The position numbers and the translations under genes were made by a program. A model generated the notes under the pieces. That model was not told where the DNA came from, made no database searches, and worked only from the letters and a program-made list of their open reading frames with translations. DNA of 64,000 nt from Octopus vulgaris. Lineage: Eukaryota. Each line of letters starts with the position of its first letter. The first letter of the stretch is position 1. The stretch is from assembly GCA_951406725.2 (NCBI GenBank), contig OX597816.1, positions 143,530,001 through 143,594,000 of the forward strand, given 5' to 3'. This document shows, piece by piece, positions 26,593 through 40,817 of this stretch.

Positions 26593-27309
26593 TGTATGCA
26601 TGTATGTATGTATGTATGTATGTATGTATGTATGTATGTATGTATGTATGTATGTATGTATGTATGTATGTAGAGAGAGAGAAAGAATGACAAGGAGAGT
26701 GAGAGACAACAACGATAACAATAGCAAAACATTTTGTTTTTGTATATATCCATATGCACGCGCGCACGCATGTGTGAGAGAGAAACAGAGAGAGAAAGAG
26801 ACAGAGAGTGATAGTGTGTGTGTACGCACGTGCATGTTATCTTTTATCTGAATTCTTCCTGGTTTCTGAGAAAGAAACCAATCCTTGGCTGTAATTTAGA
26901 TAACAACAATGATGAAGAGCTTCGAGTTGATCTTTAAAAAAGATCTTTCATATTTTTATTATTCTGCCTACAGAATGTATTTCCAAAATGTATATTAGTT
27001 GGTCACTTTCTTTGCTAGATACTCTATCTAGCTCTTCTACATCAGTCATTTAGAAATGTGGTGTACCAATGATTATTCAAGGAGACCGCGAGGTGGTCAT
27101 CACCCGCTAGAAATACTGCCTAAATCACATCTAGATAACATTACTGCGTTGAAACAGGAATGATACATTGGAGAAGTATGGTTTAAAATATACCACATTA
27201 AATCCGCTGGAGTGACACCGCTGGAACTCCCTTGATCAGTACAGATCTGAGACTAAACAATAGTACAGAGAAGGATTAGATTCAACTGGAATATTTATGA
27301 AATACATAG

Positions 27310-27625
27310 AAATTCCGGGGTGGTGTCCGGCGTGCTGAAAGACCACTGGGAGTGAGGCGCCCCTCAGCTTTTGTTAAAGCACGTCTCTAGGAGAAGGTCA
27401 CTCTGATATAAAACCAAATATGCAGGGAATGGCATTGAAAATTTTGGGGATCTTTGGTTTGTGCTAGAGATCACGGCGCTCCCACATCCCTGAGCCTGCA
27501 ACTCATATTGGCACCAGACATCTTGCTCCGGCTTGTCTCTGGATAATGTCAATAGAGTGGAGAGGGTCTATGAGGTGTTGTGCAAGCCTTATTGGACTTA
27601 AAACTCTGCACAGGCATTGCCGACC
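27310..27625 (+). mobile_element. Probable isolated 5' UTR fragment of an RTE-group LINE
   Basis: GC-richer block with gtctctaggagaaggtcactctgatataaaacc, resembling the motif common in RTE-group 5' UTRs. Confidence 0.35.
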
Positions 27626-27727
27626 TTTTTGTTTTCCTTTTTTTTAATAAATATATATCTATCTTATTTTTAGTATATATTTTCTTCATTTTCAGTATAT
27701 ATATATATAAAAAATTTTTTTTTTTAT

Positions 27728-30700
27728 TCGGAAGTCCTGCGGCGATGGGAAGGTGGGGAAGCATACAGACCTGACAGGTTGGAAGCATGTAGTCAGCGAC
27801 CTGCACGTAGGCGGCCCATGCTAGATATAAAGTCGTCTCCTTGTCGCCCAAGACAGCGGTAGGATTCGGTTGCTGCATGGGTGTCTGAGCAGCTCCATTT
27901 GGAGAGGGCACTGTTCACCTGGAGACCGGGTAGGTTCTAGAAAAGGTGAACCAAAAATTGCCTGTCTTTCCATATCTGGTCAGTTTAGCGCGACTGACGG
28001 ATGTCCACCATGCGCTCGAAAAACAAAGAGTCTTTTATCTATAAAATCTGGACGGAACTTAAACATTTCATGTTGGAATGTGCGTACTCTGTTGGACAAC
28101 AAGAGTGATTGCAGGCCTGAAACACGCACTGCACTTGTTGCTCGTGAGCTGAACCGTTATAAAATTGATATAGCTGCACTCTCAGAGACTCGTATAGAAG
28201 GTGATGGTCAGCTTGAGGAAGTAGGAGGCGGATACACCTTTTTTTGGAAAGGAAGGCAGAAGGAGGAGCGCAGAGAGGCTGGTGTTGGTTTTGCAGTCCG
28301 ATCTGATATCCTGAAGAAGTTGGAAGAGCTCCCTGTTCCTATAAATGAACGTATAATGACCCTACGGTTGCACTTGAAAGGTAAGTGGTTTGCTACTCTA
28401 ATAAGTGCCTATGCACCTACTTTGACTAGCTGTAATGAAGATAAAATAATCTTTTATACCCAGCTGAGAGCCATACTTAGAAAAATCCCCAATTCTGATA
28501 AAGTCATTCTACTGGGGGATTTTAATGCCAGAGTAGGAACAGACTGGCAAACATGGAACTCTCTAGGACGTTTTGGAGTAGGGAAAATGAATAGCAATGG
28601 TCTCATGCTGCTGGAGCTTTGCGAAGAACATGGACTTTACATTGCAAGTACTCATTTTGTGCACAAAGGTGATCACACAACAACATGGATGCATCCAAGG
28701 TCCAAAGTTTGGTATTTGCTGGATTACGTCATCATCCGCAAGCGCGACATTTATGACATTTGTAATGTCAAGTCCTTGCATGGATCAGAATGCTGGACAG
28801 ACCACAGTCTGGTGCGAGCAAAGTTCCGAATGGTGATTAGGGCGAAAGAGAGAAGAGGACCAGTCAGCATTCCTCGCCGTCTAAATGTCCACAAGGTATA
28901 TGACGTTATGGTTAGGAAAGAGCTTCAGACTCGCTTGTCCAGCATTGAAACTGCTGCAGGATGGGAAGATTTTCGAGACCAGGTTGTTCAATGTGCAGTC
29001 GAAACACTGGGGTATGTTACTGCCAGACACAGAGACTGGTTTGATGAGAATGATGCTGAAATTCAACGATTATTAGTGGTGAAGCGCCATGCCCACAGTG
29101 TGTTGCTGCACAGAGAACTGTCTACTGTGCAGCGAAGTCTAGCACTTGCCCACTATAACAGTGTAAAATCACTACCGCAGCGATCTCTCAGGAAGATGCA
29201 GAACACTTGGTGGGAGGATCTTGCTCGTGATGTTCAGGCTGCTGCTGATGCAAATGACAGCAAGAAGCTTTACCATCTTATGAAGCGAGCTTATGGACCT
29301 AAGAGCTCCACATCAGCTCCTTTGCTTTCCAAGGAGTCTTCCACTATGTTTACTAAATCAACAGAAATCACAGGTCGCTGAATCGAACACTTCTCTGAAC
29401 TCCTAAACCATGAATCAGTTGTGGATGAAACAGTGATTGATACTATGAAACAAAGACCTATCATTGACTCCTTAGACTCCTCGCCATCAATACATGAAGT
29501 AATGACATCAATAAGTAAATTGAATCTTGGTAGGGCACCTGGAAAGGATGGAATTTGTGCTGAGGTCTTGCGATTTGGTGGTAATTGCATCACACAATCT
29601 CTTCATGAACTTATTAGTGCAGTCTGGAGGGATGGTGCCATCCCTAAGGGCTGGAAGAATGCAATTATTCTTCCTCTGTATAAAGGAAAAGGAGCCAGAA
29701 CAATGTGTGGTAACTACAGAGGTATTGCTCTACTATCAGCTGCTGGCAAGGTTCTGGCAAATATTCTTCTTACCCGTCTGAATGGGTGTCTCGTAAATGA
29801 TGTCCTATCTGAATCTCAATGTGGCTTCCGATCTGGTAGAGGGACAATGGATATGATTTTCACAGCAAGACAGATGCAGGAGAAGTGCTATGAGCAGAAT
29901 ATGGATCTTGTCCAGGTATTCATTGATTTAACTAAGGCCTTTGATACTGTAAATAGGGCCTTTCTATGGAAAATACTTGGCAAACTTGGATGTCCGGATC
30001 ACTTTGTATCAATAATTAAATCATTTCATGATGGGATGGAGGCTTGGGTTAATGTTGGTGGTGCTATGGCAGGACCCATTCCTGTAGAGAATGGTGTTAA
30101 GCAGGGTGACATCCTTGCCCAAACTCTCTTTTCTTTGTACTTTGCTGCTACTTTTACTCATGCTTTTGCTAAGGTTAGCTCTCTGGGAATATATGTCAGA
30201 TATTGATCTTCTGGCCGCCTCTTTAATCTTCGCCTATTTGCTGCCAATTCAAAGGTTTCCCAGTCTATTATTCGTGACCTCCTTTATGCAGATGACTGTG
30301 ACTTAGTCACTCATACAGTGGATGACATGCAAATACTCATGAATTGCATTTCTGCTTCTTGCAGGGCATTTGGACTCAGCATTAGCCTGGACAAGACTGT
30401 TGTAATGTTCCAGCCTGCACCAGGAAATCCATATATAGAACCAGCTATCTTGGTTGAAGGAACGATTCTGAAGGTAGTAGACAAGTTTGTCTACCTGGGC
30501 AGCACACTCAGCCGTTCTTGCTCCCTGGATGAGAAAATATCTTTCAGGTTGCAGAGAGCAACTAATTCCTTCCGGTCTCTTCAGTCTCGTGTCTGGTCCC
30601 AACATGGCATCGCAAAGAGAACAAAAGTTGCTGTGTACCGTGTTTGTGTACTGACATCGCTTTTCTACTCAGGTGAGACATGGACTCTGTACAAACGTCA

Positions 30701-31303
30701 GGTCAGGGTCCTTGAACGTTTTCATCAGAGATGTTTCAGACACATTCTCAATGTTGGTTGGACCTCAAAAATTCCAGACACACAGATCCTGAGGACAGCT
30801 GATATCTTGAGTATTGAGGCGGTGGTACACAAGCACCGGTTGCGTTGGACTGGACACCTTATTAGAATGGAGGATAGAAGGATTCCTAAGCAGATGCTCT
30901 ATGGAGAACTTGTGAATGGAAGGAGACTCCGGCAGAAACCAAGGGTGCGATTTAAGGACTGTGTCAAGTCCTCATTAAAGGCCTTTGATATGCAGGACGC
31001 TGACTGGGAGAACAATGCCTGTCATCGCCACAGATGGAGGAAGCAGGTTAAGGAGGGGACCGACACTTTTGAGAGAGCGCGTATCCAGCATGAAGAACTT
31101 AAGCGAGCTGCGCGAAAGCGCACGGCTCGTATAGTGAATGGGGAAAGCTTGGTCTTCAATGTTTGCAGTCGTGTATGCTTGTCAAGAGCAGGGCTCATTA
31201 GCCACCAACGGAGCCGCAAATGCAAAATATAAGTTAGTCCTAGAGCGCACAATGTTCCTGAAGGTCGGCAATGGTCTTCCTCGGTCACGAGTGGATGGCC
31301 ATC
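27728..31303 (+). mobile_element. Near full-length RTE-clade LINE
   Basis: GC-rich 5' UTR, single EN-RT frame, short 3' UTR ending ggatggccatcat followed by (TATG)n. Confidence 0.95.
27870..31232 (+). pseudogene. RTE APE-endonuclease/reverse transcriptase ORF with two in-frame TGA stops (29379-29381, 30204-30206)
   Basis: WNVRTL, IAALSETR, GDFNARVG, LDY, TDHSLV; NYRGIALLS, QCGFR, FIDLTKAFDTV, GVKQG, YADD (~30285-30296), FVYLGS; the three ORF-track pieces share one frame; decayed C-terminal C2H2-like motif. Confidence 0.93.
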
Positions 31304-31500
31304 ATGTATGTATGCATGTATGTATGTATGTATGTATGTATGTATGTATGTATGTATGTATGTATGTATGTATGTATGTATGTATGTGTGTATGTATGTA
31401 TGTATGCATGTAAGTATGTATGTATGCATGTATGCATGTATGTATGTATGTATGTATGTATGTATGTATGTATGTATGTATGTATGTATGTATGTATGTA
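31304..31500. repeat. (TATG)n microsatellite at the RTE tail; further TATG tracts at 31977-32108, 32200-32420, 33611-33768
   Basis: Direct reading. Confidence 0.95.
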
Positions 31501-31975
31501 GGTTGTATGAGCTTTTGTAGTGTGTACATATAAGAGAGACTGAGAGCTTTCTTCAATGTAAATTCACGGCACATCTAGATGGCGAACTTTTGCGACAATG
31601 AAATACCTCCAGTTCCGTAGTTCTCTTGCTCGTGAGTTGAGATTCTCCGACTGCCAGTATACATCAAAATTTCGTTGAAGTGCCGTCGGCGTTTAGAAGA
31701 TGAGTGTTGGACTTGTTAAAATGGTGTGTGTCTTCATCATACTGAGGGCCTAAGACAGAGAAGCATTACATTCTATAGGAAAAGAAAGGAAGAGAAAACG
31801 GTGAACATGCAGTATTTATGACTGTAAATATATTTAATCATAACTGTTAGTCCGACAAAATATGTTTTGTTTCGCCTATAGCTCAGGAACTTTTATCCAC
31901 TCTCAGACTTATTCTTGAGTGCTTCATTCTAAGTGGCAGGACATAGCATCTTTTTGAACATGTCAACCAGCTGGA

Positions 31976-32006
<31 letters not shown>

Positions 32007-32214
32007 TGTATGTATGTATGTATGTATGTATGTATGTATGTATGTATGTATGTATGTATGTATGTATGTATGTATGTATGTATGTATGTATGTATGTATG
32101 CATGTATGTACGTTCTCTTTTTTAAATTTAGAGTAAATTTTGACCGGTCAATAAGGTTGTAAAAAAATCTTGTTTTAACCATCGTCCCATAAAATCTGTA
32201 TATATGTATGCATG

Positions 32215-32248
<34 letters not shown>

Positions 32249-33166
32249 TGTTTGTGTGTATGTGTGTACGTATGCGTGTATGTGTGTATGTGTGTATGTA
32301 TGTATGTATGTATGTATGTATGTATGTATGTATGTATGTATGTATGTTTGTATGTATGTGTGTACGTATGCGTGTATGTGTGTATGTATGTATGTATGTA
32401 TGTGTGTGTGCCTGTGTGCATGAGTATGTGTGTGTGTGAGTAAGAGAGAGAGATAGAGAGAGAGAGTAAATATGTATATATGTATGTATACGTATAAGCA
32501 TGCGTTTATGTATTATATATGCCTATAGGTAGGTATTTATTTTACCTCTATGATGTCAAAAGGAGAGCAATAACATATACAACACAACACACACAGTATA
32601 CAACAACAATACACACCGACACACACACGCACACACATACACACACATACACACACACACACACACACACCACTAGTTCCCAAACCACTACCGATGATAT
32701 ATCAGATAATAGATCACATTGTATAATGCGCATTTGTTGTTGTAGTGGTTGTATTTGTAGTTGTTGGATCTGTTGGTATGGCCTAATGTGTATGAGGTTT
32801 CCTTTCTTAACAAGGAAAGTATGATTTAAGATAACAATTATTATCAAGATATGTGTGTATGTGTGTGTTTGTGTACGATAGAGAAGAGGTCTTGGCGTAT
32901 GGCTTGCGTGCCTTTATGCATGTGTGTATGTGTGTGTGAGTGTATTTGCATGATTTTGTTGTGAGTGACTCCGTGTGTGTGTGTATGTACAGAGAAAGGT
33001 AGAGAAAGGGAGAGAGGAAGTGTGTATGTGAGTGTGTGAGAGAGAGAGAGAGAGAAGGGAGGGAGGAAGGGAGAGAAAGAGAGCAACGGAAAAGGAAGAT
33101 TAAGTTTGTTCTGATCCCCCAAAATAACTTATTTATGACTCAATAGGAATTAATCGTCTTCGTTGC

Positions 33167-33329
33167 CTCTTCTTCTTCTTCTTCTTCTTCTTCTTCTTCT
33201 TCTTCTTCTTCTTCTTCTTCTTCTTCTTCTTCTTCTCCTCCTCCTCCTCCTCCTCCTCCTCCTCCTTCTCCTTCTTCTTCTTCTTCTTCTTCTTCTTCTT
33301 CTTCTTCTTCTTCTTTCTTTCTTTCTTTC
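33167..33329. repeat. (TTC)n-(TCC)n-(TTC)n-(TTTC)n polypyrimidine tract
   Basis: Direct reading. Confidence 0.95.
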
Positions 33330-33625
33330 AGCCACACACATACTCACCATTCTCTCTCTCTCTCTTTAGTGTTCGCTCATTCTTCACTCCCAAAATCTGT
33401 CTTGAGAGGCCACATCGAATTTACCTTCCAAAAAATGCTTTGCCTCTGTCTTTTTGTCTGTCTATCTTTTTGGCTGTATGTATGCTTGCATGCATGTATG
33501 TTATTATTCAGTTCATTTCAAGATTTCTCGCCAATATAGAAAGAACCGGTTTCTAACCTAGATCCAGGTTTCCTTCATTGGAATTTCAACATCATCAGCA
33601 GGGTAATTTTGTATGTATGTATGTA

Positions 33626-33656
<31 letters not shown>

Positions 33657-34235
33657 ATGTATGTATGTATGTATGTATGTATGTATGTATGTATGTATGT
33701 ATGTATGTATGTATGTATGTATGTATGTATGTATGTATGTATGTATGTATGTATGTATGTATGTATGTAGTTGCATATCTAGATATGTTCATATATATTT
33801 AAATGATAAACTTCTTTCTTTCTTTCTTTCTTTCTTTCACTCACATACATACACACCATTCTCTCTCCCCCTTTAGTTTTCGCTCATTCTTCACTTCCAA
33901 AATCTGATGTATGTATGTATGTATGTATGTATGTATGTATGTATGTATGTATGTATGTATGTATAATTGTATGTATGTAAAAGTAAAAACTTACTGTGGA
34001 TAAGGCTTCGTGGTGTTCGATTATAAATAAATAAATATAAAATACAACCAGTGCAGGACATCAGCAACGAGTGAAAAATATGTAGACACACGAGCGACAA
34101 GTACAGGACAAATTACCAAAAAAATATACTATAAGAACAGGACATCACCAACGAGTGAAAAATACGTAGACACATAATGAGAGACATGTACGGGACGTCT
34201 GTGATTATGTCTGTTCGTTGATATTTTAGTTATCT

Positions 34236-35960
34236 AAGGCGGCGAGCTGGCAGAAACGTTAGCACGCCGGGCGAAAATGCGTAGCCGTATTTCGTCTGCC
34301 GTTACGTTCTGAGTTCAAATTCCGCCGTGGTCGACTTTGCCTTTCATCCTTTCGGGGTCTTTTAAATAAGTACGAGTTACGCACTGGGGTCGATCTAATC
34401 GACTTAATCCGTCTGTCTGTCCTTGTTTGTCTCCTCTGTGTTTAGCCCCTTGTGGGTAGTAAAGAAATAGGTATTTCGTCTGTCTTTACGTTGTTCTGAG
34501 TTCAAATTCTGCTGAGGTCGATTTTGCCTTTCATCCTTTCGGGGTCGATAAATTGAGTACCAGTTGCGTACTGGGGTCGATCTAATCGACTGGCTCCCTC
34601 CCAAACAATTTCGGGGTTTGTGCCCAGAGTAGAAAAGAATATATTAGTTATCTTTAAGGCGGTGATCTGGCAGAACCGTCAGCATGCCAGGCAAAATGCT
34701 TTGTAGCATTTCGTCCGTTTTTACGTTCTGAGTTCAAATTCTGCCGAGGACGGCTTTGCCTTTCATCCTTTAGGGGTCGATAAAAATAATGTAATCGACT
34801 TAAAAAACCCTCCCCCGAAATCGTTGGCCTTGTGCCAAAATTTGAAACTAATATATTAGTTCACTTAGTTTATTTAGTAATCGTCTAGAAACTTTTGATA
34901 TAATTATTGGATTCACATTTTGGCACAAGGCCAAAGAGGTAAGTCAATTACATCGACCCCAGCGTTCAACTGATACTTATTTCATCGAGTCCAAATGGAT
35001 GAAAGGTAAAGTCGACCTCGGCGGAATTTGAACCCCGAACGGAAAGACGGACGAAATGCCGCTGAGCATTTTCCCCGGCACGGTAACGATTCTTTTATAC
35101 TTAAGGCACAAGGCCCGAAATTTTTGGGGTGGAGGCCAGTCGATTAGATTGACCCCAGTACGCAACTGGTACTTATTTAATCGACCTCGAAAGGATGAAA
35201 GACAAAGTCGACCTCGGCGGAATTTGAACTCAGAACGTAACGGCAGACGAAATACCTGTTTCTTTACTACCCACAAGAAGCTAAACACAGAGAGGACAAA
35301 CAAGGACAGACAAACGGATTAAGTCGATTACATCGATCCCAGTGCGTAACTGGTACTTATCTAATCGACTCCGAAAGGATGAAAGGCAAAGTCGACCTCG
35401 GCGGAATTTGAACTCAGAACGTACCGGCAGACGAAATACCTATTTCTTTACTACCCACAAGGAGCTAAACTCAGAGAGGACAAACAAGGACAGACAAACG
35501 GATTAAGTCAATTGTATTTCGACAGACGAAATACGGCTGCGCATTTCGCACGGCGTGCTAACGTTTCTTATTTCTTTATTGCCCACAAGGGGCTAAACAT
35601 AGAGGGGACAAATAAAGACAGACAAACGGATTAAGTCTATTATATCGAGCCCAGTGCGTAACTGGTCGATTTATCGACCCCTAAAGGATGAAGGGCAAAG
35701 TCGACCTCGGCGGAATTTGAACTCAGAACGTAGCGGCAGACGAAATACCGCTAAGCATTTCGCCCGGCGTGCTAACGTTTCTGCCTGCTCGCCGCCTTAA
35801 AAGACGAATTATCGCTAAGCATTTCGGCCGGCGCCATAACGTTTCTGCCAGCTCGCCGCCTTAACAGACGAATTATCGCTAAGCATTTCGACCGGCGTGC
35901 TAACGTTTCTGCCAGCTCGCCGCCTTCTGTGCGGTAACTATTCTGCCAGCTCGTTGCCTT
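34236..35960. mobile_element. Cluster of SINE family A monomers/multimers (plus 34236-34850; minus 34918-35960)
   Basis: ggcggcgagctggcagaaacgttagcacgccgggcg head and Nin/Deu-like ctttcatcctttcggggtcgataaa core repeated ~7 times; ttagttatct repeat at 34226-34235 and 34644-34653 is a probable TSD. Confidence 0.92.
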
Positions 35961-36286
35961 AACCTTTTATCTAGTCATTACAAACATCCACGTTCTAATT
36001 TCAAATCCGATTTCCAACGACTTTACTTTTCGTTCTTCCGGGGTACTAGTCAAGTACTGGGGCTAGTCGACTAAACCCTCTTCAGAAACTTGTGGCTTTG
36101 TTGTGCCTGTGTTAGAGATTTTCATTACCGTTGTTGTTGCTACTTCGAATGTCATTAAGATAGACTTTTTATATGCCACAGGTGCAACGTATAGGTTTTT
36201 GTTCCTTATCGTTGAATGCAAATCTTGTAATGGTGAGTAATAAATATACTGAAACAGCGATAAAGTCTATCTTATGTACACATACA

Positions 36287-36356
<70 letters not shown>

Positions 36357-36641
36357 CGCTATTATAAGTCGCCGTAAATAAACTTTTCTATATATAGATT
36401 GGAATACAAATCAAGATATTTCCTTTGCATGTATGTTTACATGAAATGTGTGTGTGTGTGTGTGTGTGTTTGTTAGTATGTGTGTGTGCCTGTGTGTGTG
36501 TGTCTGTGTGTATATATACATACTCTTTTGTTTTTATTTTAAATATTTCCCACATGTAGGGAAAAGAGCCGGTTTTCAACCTAGGAACATCAGCTTAGCA
36601 CCCATACATACATACATACATACATACATACATACATACAT

Positions 36642-36672
<31 letters not shown>

Positions 36673-37132
36673 TACATACATACATACATACATACATACA
36701 TACATACATACATACATACATAATTACATACATATATAATTACATACATGCAGTCACACACACAATGAATGTATGTAAATGTATCTCCTTACGATTTATC
36801 TGTACTGTGACATGAATGCATGTCGTTGCACGTGTGAATCTGTATATTTCGAATTACGTATATATATGTGCGCACACGCGTGTGTCTATATTTACCTCCT
36901 ATAGGTTAAACTTCTGGAATTTTTTTGCTCTTTTCACAGTTCCATTTATAGTTAGTAATTGTATTTTCTTAATTAGTGGAGTTATTTCTGATTTTGTGAT
37001 GCTCAGCTTTTCAAATTTATTGGTCATTTAGTTAGTTACGTATCCAAGTCCCTAAACAATCTATATACCAATCGAAGTTGCTGCAGATTTCACACTGAAC
37101 TAGTTACGTTCAATAAAAAATAATTTATTTAC

Positions 37133-37244
37133 CTGCGTGGCACTTTGGGCAAGTGTGTTCTACTGTAGCTTTGGGCCGACCAAAGCCTTGTGAGTTGATT
37201 TGATAGACGGAAATTGAAAGAAGCCCGTCGTATATATATACATA

Positions 37245-37313
<69 letters not shown>

Positions 37314-37317
37314 AAGT

Positions 37318-37370
<53 letters not shown>

Positions 37371-37575
37371 GTGTGTGTGTATGTTTGTGTCTGTGTTTGT
37401 CCCCCCAACCGATGCCGGTATGTTTACGTCCCCGTCACTTAGCGGTTCGGCAAGGTAGATCGATAGAATAAGTACTAGGCTTACAAAGAATAAGTCCTGA
37501 GGTCGATTTGCTCGACTAAAGGTGGTGCTCCAGCATGGCCGCAGTCAAATGACTGAAACAAATAAAAGAATGAAT
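37133..37575 (+). mobile_element. SINE family B lacking the tRNA head
   Basis: Starts at ctgcgtggcactttgggcaag; internal (TA)n(TG)n; intact tail. Confidence 0.85.
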
Positions 37576-37576
37576 A

Positions 37577-38050
37577 AAGTTTTAACACCATCTTCTTCGA
37601 AATAGTCACCGCGTGCCGCAATTCACTGGTCCCAGCATTCCTACCACTTTTGGAATCCGGCCTGGAAGTCGTTTTCCGTAAGCGAGTCGATGACCTTCTG
37701 CGATTTGCTTTTGATCTCGACAATGGTATTAAAACGGCGGCCTTTGAGCTGCATTTTCGCTTAGGGGGAGAGATGGAAGTCCCTTCCCCTAGAAAGAGCG
37801 GGTGCGCAAGCAATACCGTGTTGTTTTTTGTCGAGAAACTCACGAGTGATGAGAGCTCGATGACAGGGTGCATTGTCATCGTGAAGAATCTAATTCTTCG
37901 CGTCCCACAAATCCAGTCGCTTTCACCGAATGCCCTCCCTCAAACTCTTTAGCGTGTCATAGTAGAACTCTCCAATGACGGTCTGGCCCTGGTGGTGGTG
38001 GTGGTGGGGGGTCGAACTCTTGATGCACAACACCGTGGATATCGACAACT
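37577..38050 (-). pseudogene. Mariner transposase C-terminal relic
   Basis: Minus frames read HQGQTV..FY, ILHDDNAPCH, KMQLKGRRF...FQKW..GDYFEED. Confidence 0.8.
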
Positions 38051-38486
38051 TTCATAATGCAGACTTGATCCATTGTGGTAAGTAAATGCTACCGAAGAGA
38101 AGGATACAATGTGACATTCAAAGAATGTTTGGATCGATGTTAAAATCCCTGACTTCTTGTTTTCAGTTTTGACAGAGACGATCAATATCGCTAATGATGT
38201 GGAAAGTTTTGGAAGTGATTAATAATCGATTGGGGGAAATCCTTTTATTGGAAAATTCTAGGGAAATTTTCCCCCTCCACCCGTATAAAATCTATGGTTG
38301 AAATAGTTTCCGATCGTCTTGCTTTTGCTTGTCGCTGGATATTCAAGTATGGTTATCCTGAGCGTGGCAAACGAATGTCACTTTAACCCAACTATGTACA
38401 TATGTCTCTAATAAGAGAGATTTTATCAGACAAGATAAAACTATCATCGTATATGTATGACATATATATGTATAAAAATTATCTAG

Positions 38487-38647
38487 GTGCAGGCGTGTCT
38501 GTGTAGGAAGAAGCTTGCCTTCCAACCATGTGGTTCTAGGTTCAGTCCCATTGTGTGGCACCTTGGGCAAGTATTTTCTACTATAGTCACGGGCCGTCCA
38601 AAGCCTTATGAGTGGATTTGGTAGAAAGAAGCTGAAAGAAATACGTC

Positions 38648-38739
<92 letters not shown>

Positions 38740-38950
38740 GTGTGTGTATTTATGTTTGTACTCACCCACCACTTGACAACAAGTGCTGGTGTGTGTACGT
38801 CCGTGTAACTTAGCAAAAGAGACCGATAAAATAAGTACTTAGACTAACAAAAGAAAAGTACTGAGGTCAATTTATTCAACTAAAAATTCTTCAAGACAAT
38901 GTTCCAGCATGCTGCAGTCTAATAACTGAAACAAATAAAAGCGAAAAGAT
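38487..38950 (+). mobile_element. Full-length diverged SINE family B with internal (TCTA)n
   Basis: Head, CORE-like box and tail all present. Confidence 0.85.
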
Positions 38951-39106
38951 TCTCATATATATGCTAGCATATTCATGTAAATAGCGGGGCATCAATATTA
39001 TGCAAGGCTAAGTTACATGTTTCTTTTTGCTTGTTGATTTCCATTTTTCTTTCGGGCTATGAGAATGTAGGAATGAGGGGAAAGTAATGACTACTGAACA
39101 AAGGGA

Positions 39107-39171
<65 letters not shown>

Positions 39172-39648
39172 AAGAAAGAAAATTCGTGCTGAAAGGGCGA
39201 AACGTTAAGAAACGAAGAGAAGAGGTGAAACGGGTTTGATCAGAAGGAAAAAAGAGAGGGTGCTCCCTCCTCTTGCTCCGTAAATATGTATACATAGAAA
39301 GAGCTAAAGGGGTAGAGAGAGGAAATGAAAATGATGACATAAGCAAGTCAGTGAGAACGAAAGTAAAGGCATGAGTGTGTAAGAGTTAGACAGTAAAGGG
39401 ATTTTCTGAATCCGCAATCATATGGTCAGGAAGTAAGTTTCTTGACACAGTAATTGTGTATGTGTGTGTTTTGAAAGGGAATCGGCTTGTGGTAAAATTT
39501 GAAGGAGCCGCCGATGGGCAACATTCTCAGTTAAAGTATTTTATTGACACAAACTTATATAAGGAAAACCATAAGCAACCCAACTTTCCTTTGCTTATAA
39601 TCTAAGATAGTCCTTTCGCCTGATCAAAGATACTGTATGTACAATAAT

Positions 39649-39699
<51 letters not shown>

Positions 39700-40710
39700 G
39701 ACATCTTTTAAACACGTACTGAAAGCCTAATTATGTTCTGGTTTTAACTTTTTATTAAGTTTCTTTATATTTTGTTGAGCACCTTACAGTTCGTTCTTAA
39801 ATCGATAATTAATCTTTCTGGACTTTGAGTTTCATTTTTTAGATGTATGGAGTTTATAAGATTCCACGTCTTGAAGATGAAATGTAAAAGTCTTGAAACA
39901 TTGGAGATGGACTTAGGAATTTTATTCAAGACGAATAGCAAGGGACTCATAAGAAAATATAAAAATCTTAAAAAATAAATAAATAAAAATAGGACATGGG
40001 TTAGTTTTTGCCTGTTTTTACAAGGTCATCGGGAACGCTTACTTCGTTTTATTGAGACAGAGATAGAGAGAGGGAGAGCTGGCGAGAGACCAATAGAGAG
40101 GAAGGAAAAGAGACGGCAGAATTTATAGTTACTTATAAAAATGAATTGAACAACAGGCACTGATATTAGTCATTTCCATATCAGTATATGAGACAGGTGT
40201 TAATGAACAAAATTACTGAGAAAACGTGTTTTTGGATACGGTGGAATATTTTCCACAAATTTCTTCGCGGCACCGTATTTGAACTATATATTACAGTTGT
40301 TGGTATCACGAAAGAGTGGTATATAAATAATAACAGGACTGGACAAAGGAACGAGGTTGTCACTTTATATATGCACTAGAAATAATAATTGTCTTGAGCT
40401 AATTAAATATATAAAAAGAACTGTGCAGTAGATATTCTCACATCTTAGTTACTCTCAGCGAGATATGCAATCACCAACGGAGCTGTGACTTTGTCTGGAC
40501 TTCAAACAACCGCCCCACCCCAAAATATGGAAATTTTGACACAAGTTCCCCCACGGGTAATGGTTTGGTAATTTTTCTCGATGTTTCGGTCATTTTTCAT
40601 CACGTCTGTCGCTTCTGAACATATAGACAGTTACACTCTTAGTCACACAATATATAACAGTTGTTGACATTTCGAGTGGTCATATACAACAGACACAGAC
40701 ACAGACACAG

Positions 40711-40817
<107 letters not shown>

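Noticed and set aside
35740-35960. CRISPR-like repeat array
   Set aside because: Repeats are tandem SINE heads without unique spacers; eukaryotic context and no cas genes
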